A DNA stretch of 63,409 nt, the filler included, from Octopus bimaculoides (taxonomy: Eukaryota): assembly GCF_001194135.2 (NCBI RefSeq). It is 3 parts of 2 records of this genome, joined end to end, with 100 filler letters (N's around TTAATTAATTAA, not from the genome) between each part and the next. Parts side by side here need not be neighbours in the genome. Positions count along the whole stretch, not along the records: positions 33,570 to 63,409 come from NC_068999.1; 2 more parts are not named here. One strand, 5' to 3'. Numbering within the stretch: the stretch's first letter is position 1; each line of letters starts with the position of its first letter. The notes below the pieces were generated by a model. It did not search any database, was not told where the DNA came from, and was given only the letters and a program-made list of their open reading frames with translations. Positions 50,883-63,409 of the stretch are shown piece after piece. Position numbers and translations under genes: made by a program.

Positions 50883-51499
50883 NNNNNNNNNNNNNNNNNN
50901 NNNNNNNNNNNNNNNNNNNNNNNNNNNNNNNNNNNNNNNNNNNNNNNNNNNNNNNNNNNNNNNNNNNNNNNNNNNNNNNNNNNNNNNNNNNNNNNNNNNN
51001 NNNNNNNNNNNNNNNNNNNNNNNNNNNNNNNNNNNNNNNNNNNNNNNNNNNNNNNNNNNNNNNNNNTATATACATATATATATATATTAATTGAAGTGTA
51101 CAACATTATCTATTCAATGCAGCCAATCTTACCAATTGGTTTCCACAAGGCCCTTAACATAGTATTAGGTAAAAGATTGATTATGTAACGCTGCTCTCGG
51201 AAAACGCAGTGTCACGGAATCGAAGTGAATTATAGAGATTTCTGTCTATTATCAGAAGTAAATAGAGACGTCATGTTTGTGTTTGCTAGACCATGAAAGG
51301 AATCGTGCAGGAGGTAACTTAAGTGTTATCTCCCTTGGTAATAAAAGCGACTCCTCTTCAGTTATTTTTTCGTATGTCGGCGAGATTCAGGAAAAAGGTT
51401 TGTAGGAAATGTGTTTCTTTGAGTCGGTGCCCTTATGGAATTGAATGCGTGTTGTAGTACTAAATATATAGCATTGTGTGTGTGTGTTTAATTGTGTTT

Positions 51500-51830
51500 A
51501 TGCCTGTCTTTCTGGCAACGTGGGCAAGCACATCTTTGATCGTTAGTATATTTTCTTTCCTTTATGTTTTGGTTAAATTCTTGGGTATTTATGTATGAAC
51601 ACTTTGTGTGTAATAGTACAAACGTGTATGGGGTCTTATATTGGGTTCGGGCGTCGAGAAATATCTTTTGGATGTAGGTCCGCTGTGCTGGGAGGTAATA
51701 GTTTGTTTGTTGTTGCATCATAGGTGTTCTGGTCTAACTCCCAGGTTGGTTTCTACCGTGATCTTCAGTCCAAGGGAATTCATTCTTGTGACGATGTCCT
51801 TTCTAAACTTGTCCAGCCCGTAGCCATTTA
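51500..51830 (-). pseudogene. Penelope-like RT relic
   Basis: LDKFRKDIVTRMNSLGLKITVETNL (cf. LDRxRKDIIxxFKxxGLKITIETNL); shares ggggtcttatattg with the 39-kb relic. Confidence 0.75.
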
Positions 51831-53059
51831 TATTTATATACCTACTGAAATGCATACACACATACATATATACGTACATACATTCATACATACATACATG
51901 CACACACACGCACAATTATAGTAGTTTGTGAAAATAAAGAAAAAGCAGCATGCCTGTGTGCCAGAATATAGAGTGAAAGATAATTAGAGGTGTAGGCTCT
52001 TTCTAGATGCGTTCTAATTTCTCTGCGTGACAACAACATCGTACTTGATAGAATGTTATTGCGGCTGTCCCCGAGATTGTTTAGGTGTCGGCGGATGATG
52101 GGATCAAATGTATTTTTCAAGATTAAGATTTGTTAAGGGCTTTCATCAGTAAATCTTGGAGGAGGAAGTAAGTCGATTCTCAATTGGTTCTTATTTCTTC
52201 AACTCCAAAGAGATGAAAGGCAATGTGGACTTCGGTGAGATTTCAGCTGAGACAAAAGAAATACCGATTGTGTCAGATCACACTCTCATAATTATAGAAA
52301 ATATTAACATGTCGATTAAGAGTTAGGGTTAATCCAGACTAAGAAGAATAGAAGCGGCTTCCTAATTGTTAGGAAAATACGAGGACATGATAAAAGACCT
52401 ACTATTGACAAATAGCCGACTAGAAGAAAAGAAATTCCTGCACTGAATCCTTTTAGACAAAGCGAAGTTGCTGCTTTATCGTGTCCAAATGACATGTAAA
52501 TGAAATGCAATTAGCAGTAATAGAAATTTTGTGGAAACAGTACAAACATTGATGATTTTCGACTAGACTTCAGAATTAAATGAAATATATGTGAACTACA
52601 TACGCATGATTAAGAGATGGAGCATCATCATAGGATGACGCAACGCATCAGCGCACATAAATTGCTCGTAATATATATGATTTCAATTAATTATGTTAAA
52701 GGCTATTTTCATGAGAAAAAAATAGTGAAATGCAAAGGATAACATAATTATCTGTTTCTCTTCATATGTACACACGATTGTAAAAAAAAGCATTTTAAAT
52801 ATTACATGAGTTTAGAGAATATGCTAGAGGATATTAAATATGCATTGACATTTATAACTTCAACATATCTTCCATTAATATATGTTCGAGGTATGGGAAC
52901 GCTTCCACATGCGTACGATCGGGTAAGCACCTACATACACTAAGAGAGTAGCACACACATGTGTATATATTTACATGGAATAATACATATATAGACAGGT
53001 GTATTTTTCTATATATGTGTAAATATGCGTATATCTGTGACAGTGTGTGTGTGTGTGTG

Positions 53060-53091
<32 letters not shown>

Positions 53092-53423
53092 AGAGTTTGT
53101 GTGTGTGTTGTGTGTCCATATGATTATATATGCGCACTCCATTTCCAAGCTAAGAAATATAAAAGAGGTGTAGTTACGTATATTAATTATATATTAAAAT
53201 CTATTACAGATCGCTACAAGTAATTATCTTCCCTGTTACAATGTTGTGCATACGAGATGTTTGTTTTCGTATTTTCACATCCTATTTATTTTGAAGAATA
53301 TTAAGATATATTCTTTCATATAGTAAATACGAAATCCTATAGACGCATGACCTTACTACTTTATTAAGGAACGCAAAGGCACGTAATTACTCGCATATCC
53401 GTATTAATGCAGATCTCTCTCTC

Positions 53424-53468
<45 letters not shown>

Positions 53469-53474
53469 ATATAT

Positions 53475-53506
<32 letters not shown>

Positions 53507-56476
53507 TAATGCAGTACGACTGTTTAATGCGACTCCATTTAATTGCGCAATGTAAACATTACTTCAAATATAAAATGTAGAGCAATTTTCAGCTGCATAA
53601 AGACAGAGAAATGAAATTACATTTGGACACAAGGACACATTTTTATAATTAAATCTAAACTCTCCAAGTAGAAACGAGGAATACAGGCTAGTAAATATGG
53701 ATGATATAGGTATAAAATGTCTCTACTAGCAGACCAGTTTATAATGAAACAGGGAAAGTCTTATAATATAGCACCTAGGTCAAACGGATATAAAAATAAA
53801 GTCGCTATAGTGTATACAGTTACAGTAAATGGCTGTTCATAATTTACATTAAGCAGAATAATATATCAGTATTGGTTTACATATGCTAACTTTGAAATAC
53901 TTAAGATACTAATAATTGCTCAATTAATATGTGAATAAATAAAAGCTAATCATAAATTAATAATGAAATCAAATGAAATATTGTATAATAATGTAAATAA
54001 TCAATTAAGGCAGTATACAAAAACAATGAAGTGGCATTAATTAAAAATGCTATGGTAAAGTACATTAAGACTTATTTACACCAAAATACATGGCCTATAG
54101 ATATATCATTATATATATATATAAATGTTATAGTATTATCATTCATATTTATGGTTGACTTAAATACATATAATCCGTGTGTGTGGTTGTTCCCCCCACA
54201 ACATTGCATGACAACCGATACTGGTGTGTTTACGTCCCCATAAATTAGCGGTTCGCCAAAAGAGACAGATAGAATAAGTACNNNNNNNNNNNNNNNNNNN
54301 NNNNNNNNNNNNNNNNNNNNNNNNNNNNNNNNNNNNNNNNNNNNNNNNNNNNNNNNNNNNNNNNNNNNNNNNNNNNNNNNNNNNNNNNNNNNNNNNNNNN
54401 TATATATATATGTATATATATATATATTTAGAGAGAGAGAGAGAGAGAGAGTGAGAGACTCACACACAATGAGGCTGAATGCTAAATATTTTTATGTGTA
54501 TACGTACAGATATTGGTGTATGAAGAAGTTGCTCAATACTTACGTATACTATTCGCTGATTTATTTAGATTTAATGCGAACTCTTTTCCTCAAGATGAAT
54601 ATACCTGTACTACTTAAACTCTACGTGCATAGGTTCAAATTTTGGTGTGAATATTATGTTACGTTGACTAAAATTGTTATTTTGGTTTAAAATCTAACAT
54701 CCTCAAGTTAATAATTAACTAATAGTTTTAATCATTCATAGTACTCCTTACGATATTTTCATAGTCATCTTCCGGAAAAAGCGTTTGATATTTGATAGAT
54801 TCTCTGTCGTAGCATCTCAATCCCCAGTTAAAGTCAGCGCGATATGCAGTTTCGTTTCTTATCCATAGCCTCTTGGCGGCTGGACTGAATAGCAGTATTT
54901 TACCAGTTCGTAAATGAAATGCATGCAGTATGTTGCTGTGCACGGTAGGTGGTGTTTCATGCCACTTTTTCGTAGCCACGCAAATATCTGCCTAACTTTG
55001 TTTTCTGTAAGAATGTTGATCCTGCTCATTGGCATTTGAAATTATCTACTACTTTCTTGCGTGTTGACAAAATATCTGTCTTTGTATATAATAGTAAATC
55101 AGAGTTGTTCAAATCGTTTCTTTTCTACTAATACACTCCGTTGAGTGTATTGGTATTTATGCATTTCTAAAGTATTTCGTGTTTGTCGAATGAGTGTTTG
55201 TGGAATGAGTTTGAATTCGAAATTTATCATAGAATATGTGTATTAATACCTCCACCGCTGTGCTTATAGAACGCTTGTAGTAGCACATTTCTGAGGTTGT
55301 GAGTGAAATTACGGTAGAAATTTCCATTGAGTTTTGAAACTGTCAGAAATGTTATAGCTAGTAGATATCATTGCACACCTGTATTTTCAGGTTCTTAGAC
55401 ATTACAGAATATGTGATTTGGTGCTATAAAATATCTGTTTGGAAGATATACATACATATGTTCACACATATTAATATACACACACTCATACGTACACTCA
55501 CACGCACATACTTATAAACATGCACACGTATATACAGTATTTCACATATAAATACATATATGTGTATTCTGAGACAAAACATAAATCAGAAATGTTTAAA
55601 TATAAGTTCTACATATATAAAAGTGCAATTATTCGCCATATTAACAAAGTCATTTATTATATTAACATATATGTAATTACTTCTCAAGTACCATTAATTA
55701 TGATGGAATATATACAAACGTTGATGTTTGCTAGCAGAAGTACATCGCAACACTAAAATAAACAAATAATATTAATTTTAAATTTAAATCAAAACTGTCT
55801 GCATCACACTTTGTTTTTAAATATCAAAATCCACATGAAGATGATAACTAGAATTGACATATTAGTAATTAAATTGCAAATTCTCATCAAATTTTCTCAG
55901 AAGCTACTGTGCATTGGAAAAATAAAGTGCGTTTCGAAATGTCAACTATGATTACAATTTAGCGATATGCTAATGTATAAGACGGTTACCGTTATATTTC
56001 AATATTCAGCGTAAGGTTAAGAAATAACACGGTACTATAATCATTACAACTTTCATTAAAACACGCCTACATCTTATATTATAATTTAGTGATGCCCTTT
56101 CAAGAAGAAAGAAAGAAAAGCAAAGAATAAAAGAATGGTACACGTTGATATATCATATGAAATATTCGGACTACCGAAGCAGCAGATATGAGCGTTTAGA
56201 ACTTTGCTTACAATGTTTGTTAAGTTGCATATTAATAGTCACGGGTGTGAAAGAATTGGTATGAATTTACGCATGTTGTATAAATAGGAGAGAAAAAAAT
56301 CGAATCATCTTGGTACTCGTACGAATCACGTTCGATATAGCGAAAAGCTATAACCATTTCTCACCTAGTAAATATATATAAACACATACTCACAAACATA
56401 CATTCGTATTCTTATATATTATGCAGACCTACATTCATGTGTGTGTATGTGTGTATGTGTGTGTGTGTGAATGTGC

Positions 56477-56519
<43 letters not shown>

Positions 56520-58707
56520 TGTTTGCGTGTGTGTGCACGTGCGCTCGAGTTAATCTTAATATACGTGTTGTGATCAGGTGCAAATACACATCACACAAAA
56601 GACATAAGTTAACAATGCCATTGCTGAAGCAATGCCTTATGAGTGTTAGATGTGATATATATCTTTTTTTCACGAGAGACGTAGCATGTTCTTTATTAGA
56701 GTAATGTGTCTGTCAAAGAATTGCTTCATTTAAATTAGGAAATGCACATTAAAAATGTTCTGAAACCTCGCCAAATGTGTCTTCTGTATCAAGGAAAATA
56801 AAGAAAATTATTCCACCAGAGAAATGAAATACAAATTAGTTTCTTTGTATTTGTTATGAAGGTTATGAAACAACGTGCTAAACTGTCATATATAAACATG
56901 CATTCAGATTTTAATAATTTGTTTTAACAACATAACCTCCATGTGTATCATAAAATTTGAAACTGGAAACCAATAACAGTAAAGGACATGCAGAAAACTC
57001 ATTAACCATTTCACTGCAGAAATCAGATATTTCGATCGAAATGTTCATTATCCTTAAATGCAGTAAGCAGTTTTATATAATAGTCGTGTATCAAGGAACG
57101 TCGTGTTTGTAACTATTTTCTTTTGATGCGTAGTTTATTCCCACAACGCGTATTGCAAAATTACCAGTTCTGTTGTTTTTGATCGTATATATTCATCACA
57201 ATTCTTGGAAAAACCTATGAAATTTAATTTTACAGTTGAAAGGTTTAATCGTAAAACTTAAATGAAATAATGTTAAATAAATCGCTGGCATCGTCTTCCT
57301 CATAATAATAATCTTCGTCATTGTCACCCTACTCATTGTTGTTGTTATTGTCAAAAATACTATCGTACTCGCGGTTATTTTTGTTGCTGCTGTTATTATC
57401 AATTTTATAGCATAAGCTTGTTGAATATGATGATATAGCTGATGAACCTGATATAGAGCATGAAAGGAAAGTTCCTTATAATCATCCAACAGCTGCTATG
57501 TTTTTTTCATATACACTGATAATCATCGTTATCTTAATCGTTATCAAGGGCAGTAGCTACATCCTGCCTTTGACAATTGAATATCAAGACGATACAGATT
57601 AGTTGTATGCTGATAATAGTTGTAGTACAGGTAGTGGTGTGGAGATGATGACAATCATGAGAACAATGATAATAACGATCATATTGTTAATGATCATGAC
57701 GACGACGACGATGACGATGATGAAGATGGAAGCCATCATCGTCGTCGTCGTTGTCGTCGTCATCATATAATCGTAAGGATCTCCATGACGATGATAACGA
57801 CGAAGAGGATAATTATGAATATGCGATTGAAGACGATGCTATTGTGCACCTACTTTAGGCGTTGTTAACTGAAGCCTCGAATATGTTAATGAAGAAACTA
57901 TAAGATACAGATATTGATTGTAACGTTACAAATCCATTTCACGTCAGCTTTAGAATTTATGCTTAGCCCAAGCTATTAATTATGATTCACAGAGTGAACG
58001 ATTTTTGTCAAAATTATATCCTTGTTAACTTTAGCTTTAAAGAGAACTTTTTCGATTTTCTTTTTTAAAACTAAAATGAAATTTGAAAAATAAAGAATGC
58101 TATAGGGTGTCTGGTTCTTTATGCAATATGTTCAATCGGGTGTGGCGTATTTTTCCTTTTCTTTGAATTTAACGAGAACAAGTCTCTCATTTTCATGTTC
58201 CTTAAATTATGAAATGTAAACTAATGAAGGATTGCGTTACGCTTCGTTGAAAGTTAAGACTCATGTAACAAAAGGCGAAGTAACAGCGAGTCATTTGTTC
58301 TACATTATATTTCTGCCACATTTTAACGAATACACTAACCGTATAAGAAAATTAAAATATTAGATCTAATTTCTTAAATATAATAAATTATTTATGTATT
58401 AATGGCATACTGCATATTGAAAGTATTTAATAACCACAGAATATTGTATTTCTCAATTTGGTCCACCACACTATATCTTTCTTTATAACCTAAATAGTGG
58501 AATACAGCTGCAATCTTCTTCAATGCTTAATTCAACAGACAATAAGCTTTTGCTTTCCATTTTATCCAGTCCAACTCTTCTTTAACAACTGTGTTCGAAG
58601 TGACTCTGTTTAACTCCCTCGCTTGTATACGAGCAAAATTTATTCTTCTACATTTACTTCTCGTGCCCTCATCATAGTCACCGTCATCATCATCATCATC
58701 ATCATCA

Positions 58708-58740
<33 letters not shown>

Positions 58741-58749
58741 TCATCAGTA

Positions 58750-59420
58750 CTATTCTTTGAATTTCGTTTCCATGTCTTATGGATTGTCTAAACGGCTCCC
58801 AGGACAAACAAATAGGCAATTAACCTAAACATATCTGATCTCGGCATTGCTTATTTTCAAAAGAGAATGCTGTTTCTCATCTTCTTTCTGATATGTTTTT
58901 GGGTATATCATATTTTCGGTATGTCTTGAGTCATAATATCTAACTGCGGCACGCACCAGTTCACTCTGCTGTTAGATGTACCATCCCATACAATTGATCT
59001 ACTTGGCAATACAGAACGTGCATCCTATGAGGTACAAGATATTGGTACAAGATGAATGAATTTATTCAGCCGACTTTTCATAGTTTCGCATTAATTTTAG
59101 TTTTGCATTTATGAAATTCATTATGGGAGATAGAATCAATGAATCTGTTTCCCAATTTTGGTTCCAAGTGTTCTCTATATAGCTAGTATTGTTTATTTCC
59201 AAAATCCCCGCTATGTTTTATGACTAAAGCAGATAGTTCCAACGTTTTCCAAATATGTGTAGTGTCGTTCGTCTTTCATTTGATGAACGACAGAAATGGC
59301 TGATTGTCAGAAATTTTCGGATATCTCTGCCCTTAGACAAACTTCTTTCCTGACTGTGTACAGAATTTTCTAATTCTATATCGGCAATATTGATGGTTTC
59401 CAATGTGCTGAAAAAAAAAA
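58750..59420 (-). pseudogene. Possible highly decayed non-LTR RT fragment
   Basis: Weak motifs only (TINIADIEL, KDERHYTYLE; cf. FSxDIxM and YxYLG). Confidence 0.3.
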
Positions 59421-60519
59421 GCGTTTGAGTTGTTTCTTAATTGGAAATTAGAATGTATGAAAGAATGTGCTCTTTGTGGATCGTGAGCTACCTTCTAGTA
59501 ATTCAATCACGTTGCCATTCAATTTACAAAATGTGTTATGTGTATTATGTGTGTGTTAACTCACGTATGGCTTACAATGATTATATTCCTTCAATTTATA
59601 TTTAAAGTCCAACACATTTTTAAGCATCTTATAGTGGACTTTGGAACAGTTCTTTCCTAATTCTCTTCCCGTTAATTTAGTATTCTGCAGCAAACCCAGG
59701 TACATATATACTGGCTATTATATTTCAACGATCTACTTATATCATCTTATGGTATTTTTATGCCCTCAGATTCATGCTTGGCACATCTCGTTAGGATTTA
59801 AACAGAACGACTATTTATTCCAAAGTGCATGCAGATATCCTTGTTAAATATTCTTGTTGTGCATGAAATAAATCTGAACTCAGCATAAATATAGCGAGAA
59901 ATGTTGAACACATCCTTCTCAAAAGATAGAAAACATATAACGGCAGAACATACATGTTACATATATTCATAAGAATCAAAATAAACGGCACCTATAGCTG
60001 ATCAAAAAGCACGCTATACAGTCATGAAATAACATACCAAATAATAGGAGGTATATTCTCTGAAACTCATGCAACTGCGCATAAGAAAAACATGCGGTTT
60101 AAAATGAGACGTTTTAAAATAACTACACTGATTGATGCAGCAATATAATAAGGCTATATCGATAGGCCATATCTACAATACAGTCCATGTGCAAGTCGCA
60201 TTGAAGAGATTACTTTAAAAGCCAGATATATGTACCGGAATGAGTTTTCAGTAATTCTTTAAAACGATAACTTGAATATATCTGATTTTCATTGGAAGAC
60301 TAAAACTCTTCTATTCTCTATAAGGCACCTGTCCCAGTTTGGCTGATAACAAAATTCAGGTGCATACATCCAGGACCTTTCAGGTTGTGTTCTAATGGTT
60401 ATCATGACCAAATATGCACTTGTGCCGGTTTTGAAATTAAGCTCCCCATAAGTGTGGGCTTGCTTGTGTGTATGTGTGTGTGCTTGTGTGTCTGTATGTG
60501 AGTGTGTGTGTGTTCATCC

Positions 60520-60720
60520 GCTACCAAAGCTTGACAACCGGTGTTGGTGTGTTTACGTCACCGTTACTTAGTGGTTTGGCTAAAGAGATTGATAGTATAA
60601 ATACCAGGCTTTAAAAGAAAATAGGTACGGAGATTTATTTGTTCGACTAAATGCGGTGCCAAAACATGGCCTCAGTCTAATAGCTTTAACAAGGAAAAAA
60701 TAAATGTTAAAAGATAAAAG
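60520..60720 (+). mobile_element. Repeat family E copy (others at 43440-43560 and 54200-54281)
   Basis: tgacaaccg.tgtggtgtgtttacgtc...catggcc.cagtc..atg core. Confidence 0.7.
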
Positions 60721-62539
60721 ATATAATATATTGTATCACATGCCCACATTGCAATGAGAATTACATTACAGAAACTGGGACACAACAGACCAGTCGAGCG
60801 GACGTGCATAGACAGCAACGTAAACATTACTTTCATAGAAATGTTCCATTTAGTAAGTATCTAGATATTTGTGCAAATAGAAAATTGAAACTATTTCCCT
60901 TTTAGAAAAATAAAAGATAAAAGTGATTGAGTCCAAACTCAAAAGAAGTATACTTTATAAGAGGTAAACACGTTATGGCCAACATTTAAAAAAGGCATAA
61001 AATATCTCTCTTTTACAGATTCTAGGATTAAAATGATCAACTACGGTAGAGAAGACAAGTAATATATATGTAAACATTCTGAATCGTAAAAAAAAACCGA
61101 AATAATTAACATCATTACAAAAACAAATATATTTTTTTTATATATTAGCACAGGACACTCGTGTTAAGAAAGCAGGAAAACGAAAGCGCTTATACAGAAA
61201 CTACACTAGACATAACGAACTTTTTTCCACGATAGTCTAATGAAATTCTGTTAAATTAATTATTTTTCTTTTTCTTAAATAATAACTTATAAAACATCTT
61301 TCCGAAATAAGCATTTAAACATTATAACAATTCATACAATACCTCGATGGCATTGACAACTGAAAATCAGTAACGAATGTAAACTCATCTGAAATAATTT
61401 TAAAGAGAATTTTGAATAATCTGTTAATCATAACAAGTAAATATGATACAATTACGTCAGCACTTCGAGAACTGGACTAGGAAATCTCTATTTACACAAA
61501 AATTGTAAATACTTATTGGTGTTAAAAAACACTAAAACAATACAGAAATTCCGAATACGAGTTCTGTTGCACCAACCACAACAACATATTATAATACACG
61601 GGCTATTTGAAAGGAATGGGACGGAATAAATTTCGAGAATGAAACATTCAAAATGAGGAACTAGATGATGATCATATGGAATTATCTAGTGAATCCATGG
61701 TTAGAAGCAAATTGGAAGGCAATTACAATCGAACATTTGAGAAAAATACGTGCGATAGATAAACGGGGAATCGCTAATATTTTCCATGTAAATTCTTTCT
61801 CGGAATAAAATGAGGAAACGAAAATGCAAATAAATCTCGTACATCAAAACTTCGATGCAGAGATTAACATTTCAAAACTGTGCACAATTCATCTCATAGA
61901 CAAAGTTGTATTTTCTGACACCCGAATGCAGAAATAAATTTTTGAACGAATCAACAGAATAGTATGAGAAAAACTATTTGCTGTATTGAAATAGATATCG
62001 AAACTAGGAAACTAATTTAAATAAAAGCTAGTATCAATAATTCAATGGTTACAAAAATAAGAATTCCATTATGGACCAGAATTCATGAAAATTAATAATA
62101 ATTAAGCAGTGAGGAAACAACAAAATTAAATAACAATAAGAAAAAAACCGTCCGTCCGAACTAATTTACAAGTCCAATCTAAAAATAAGTGCAGGGTAGG
62201 AACTTGTATTTTTCCAAACTTAAAGCAACATGACAATAAGAAATAAGTTTCACACACTAACATTAGAAAAGAGAACACAGCATGAAGACACACACTCTTC
62301 AAGATACAGAGATTTCTTTCTTTTAAACGCAGCAATCGAAATTGCGTAACAAAGTGTATACCCGAATAGAAGATATAATAAACGAATAAATCCCTTCCAA
62401 CACAATAAATAACTAAATGACAAGGTTACAATGACTTAGAAAGCAATAATCGTTTTTGAGTGTAAGGGAAAAACAGAACAAAAACAGAAGAAATACCTAA
62501 TTATTCAAAGGTTCCAAAAACTTTTGGATCAAACCCCCG

Positions 62540-63000
62540 ACAACTATCAAGCACTCTCAGCGAAGTCTCATAGAAAAATAAATTAAACTTTTGGAGTTGG
62601 GACTCAACATCCTACTAACTTATATACCCGACATTTTAGATCTTAGATATAGTGCAAAATATTTTAGAAAAGCTCGTCAACAAACGCGGGGAAGGTCCAT
62701 CATTCTTAAAAGCAAAACAGGATTTAAGCCTCCGATGAACGGGTAAAGAGGCGTAGAGAGAATATATAATATATTGAAAATATACTGGCAAATCCTGTAA
62801 ATTCAAACATTAGAAATGGAGAATATAAACCATCAGAACATCTATGGAAATACGCCTCTGCATTCATCAGTGAACCAGAAAAAGGAGGAGCCATTATAAT
62901 ATAAATGATACGTTACCAGGAAATAGTCTTAGAAAATTTCAGGGAATAGTTTTACAGGGAAAATAGACATAGATAAATGAAGACTTCTTAAAAAAAAAAT
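62540..63000 (+). pseudogene. Penelope-like retroelement relic (N-terminal/pre-RT region)
   Basis: KLLELGLN...FRKAR...KSKTGFKPP and FISEPEKGGAIII (cf. LLxKGLxF...FxRKLR and IIxxADKGGAVVI); may extend beyond these limits. Confidence 0.6.
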
Positions 63001-63409
63001 AGAAACCAACGTAGAACAATGTGTAAAGTGGGTAAAATTTGTACATTAGCCAAAAAAAAAAAATGCAATGCCGACTTCTTATTTATTCCTTACTCTCCGC
63101 GCGTAAACAAAAGCAGGGTATTATAGACGCTCAGTTTTGTCTGATTCTCTGTGTTTGCAATATTATTGGAAAACAGCCCAATGGAATTTGGCAGAAATAC
63201 TCAATGCGTGAGTGACTTCAACTCATAAAAGTTTGGTTTGATTATGCAGAAGGGTGAATCAAAATGTATTGCCGCGTTCTTAGCACAAGAATATATTACT
63301 ACTAACACATAAAAACCATGCATTATGTCTATTACATGCTATTTATGTCTCACCAGATGGAGTAATATTGTGGGATCTTACAATCAAAGAACAGTAGACA
63401 ATATATATA

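Overview
AT-rich, microsatellite- and repeat-dense eukaryotic genomic DNA with eight N-gaps. It is most likely from an octopus or other coleoid cephalopod; this is inferred from recalled SINE and transposase families, not from a database search. About 11-33.5 kb is strongly CpG-depleted and appears to hold one spliced + strand protein-coding gene that I cannot name (5 candidate coding exons, 18.8-27.4 kb; at least one linking exon unresolved). A possible divergent - strand gene starts near 10.9 kb. The rest is mostly decayed mobile DNA: a Gypsy RT relic split by a TG..CA LTR element (4-bp TSD, tRNA-Trp PBS, truncated 3' LTR), RTE, Dong/R4-type and Penelope-like retroelement relics, a Helitron helicase relic, four Tc1/mariner relics, MITEs and several SINE families. 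Most notable: (1) a three-copy repeat carrying a minimal hammerhead-ribozyme-like motif, one copy joined to a Pol III tRNA-like head and two copies forming a ~460-nt intronic fold-back; (2) a 38-bp-stem hairpin in the putative first intron; (3) retroelement 3' ends sitting inside (AAT)n tracts; (4) an 86-bp-arm near-perfect inverted repeat running into a gap. All protein family calls are by-eye motif recognition, and repeat boundaries are approximate unless TIRs or TSDs are quoted.
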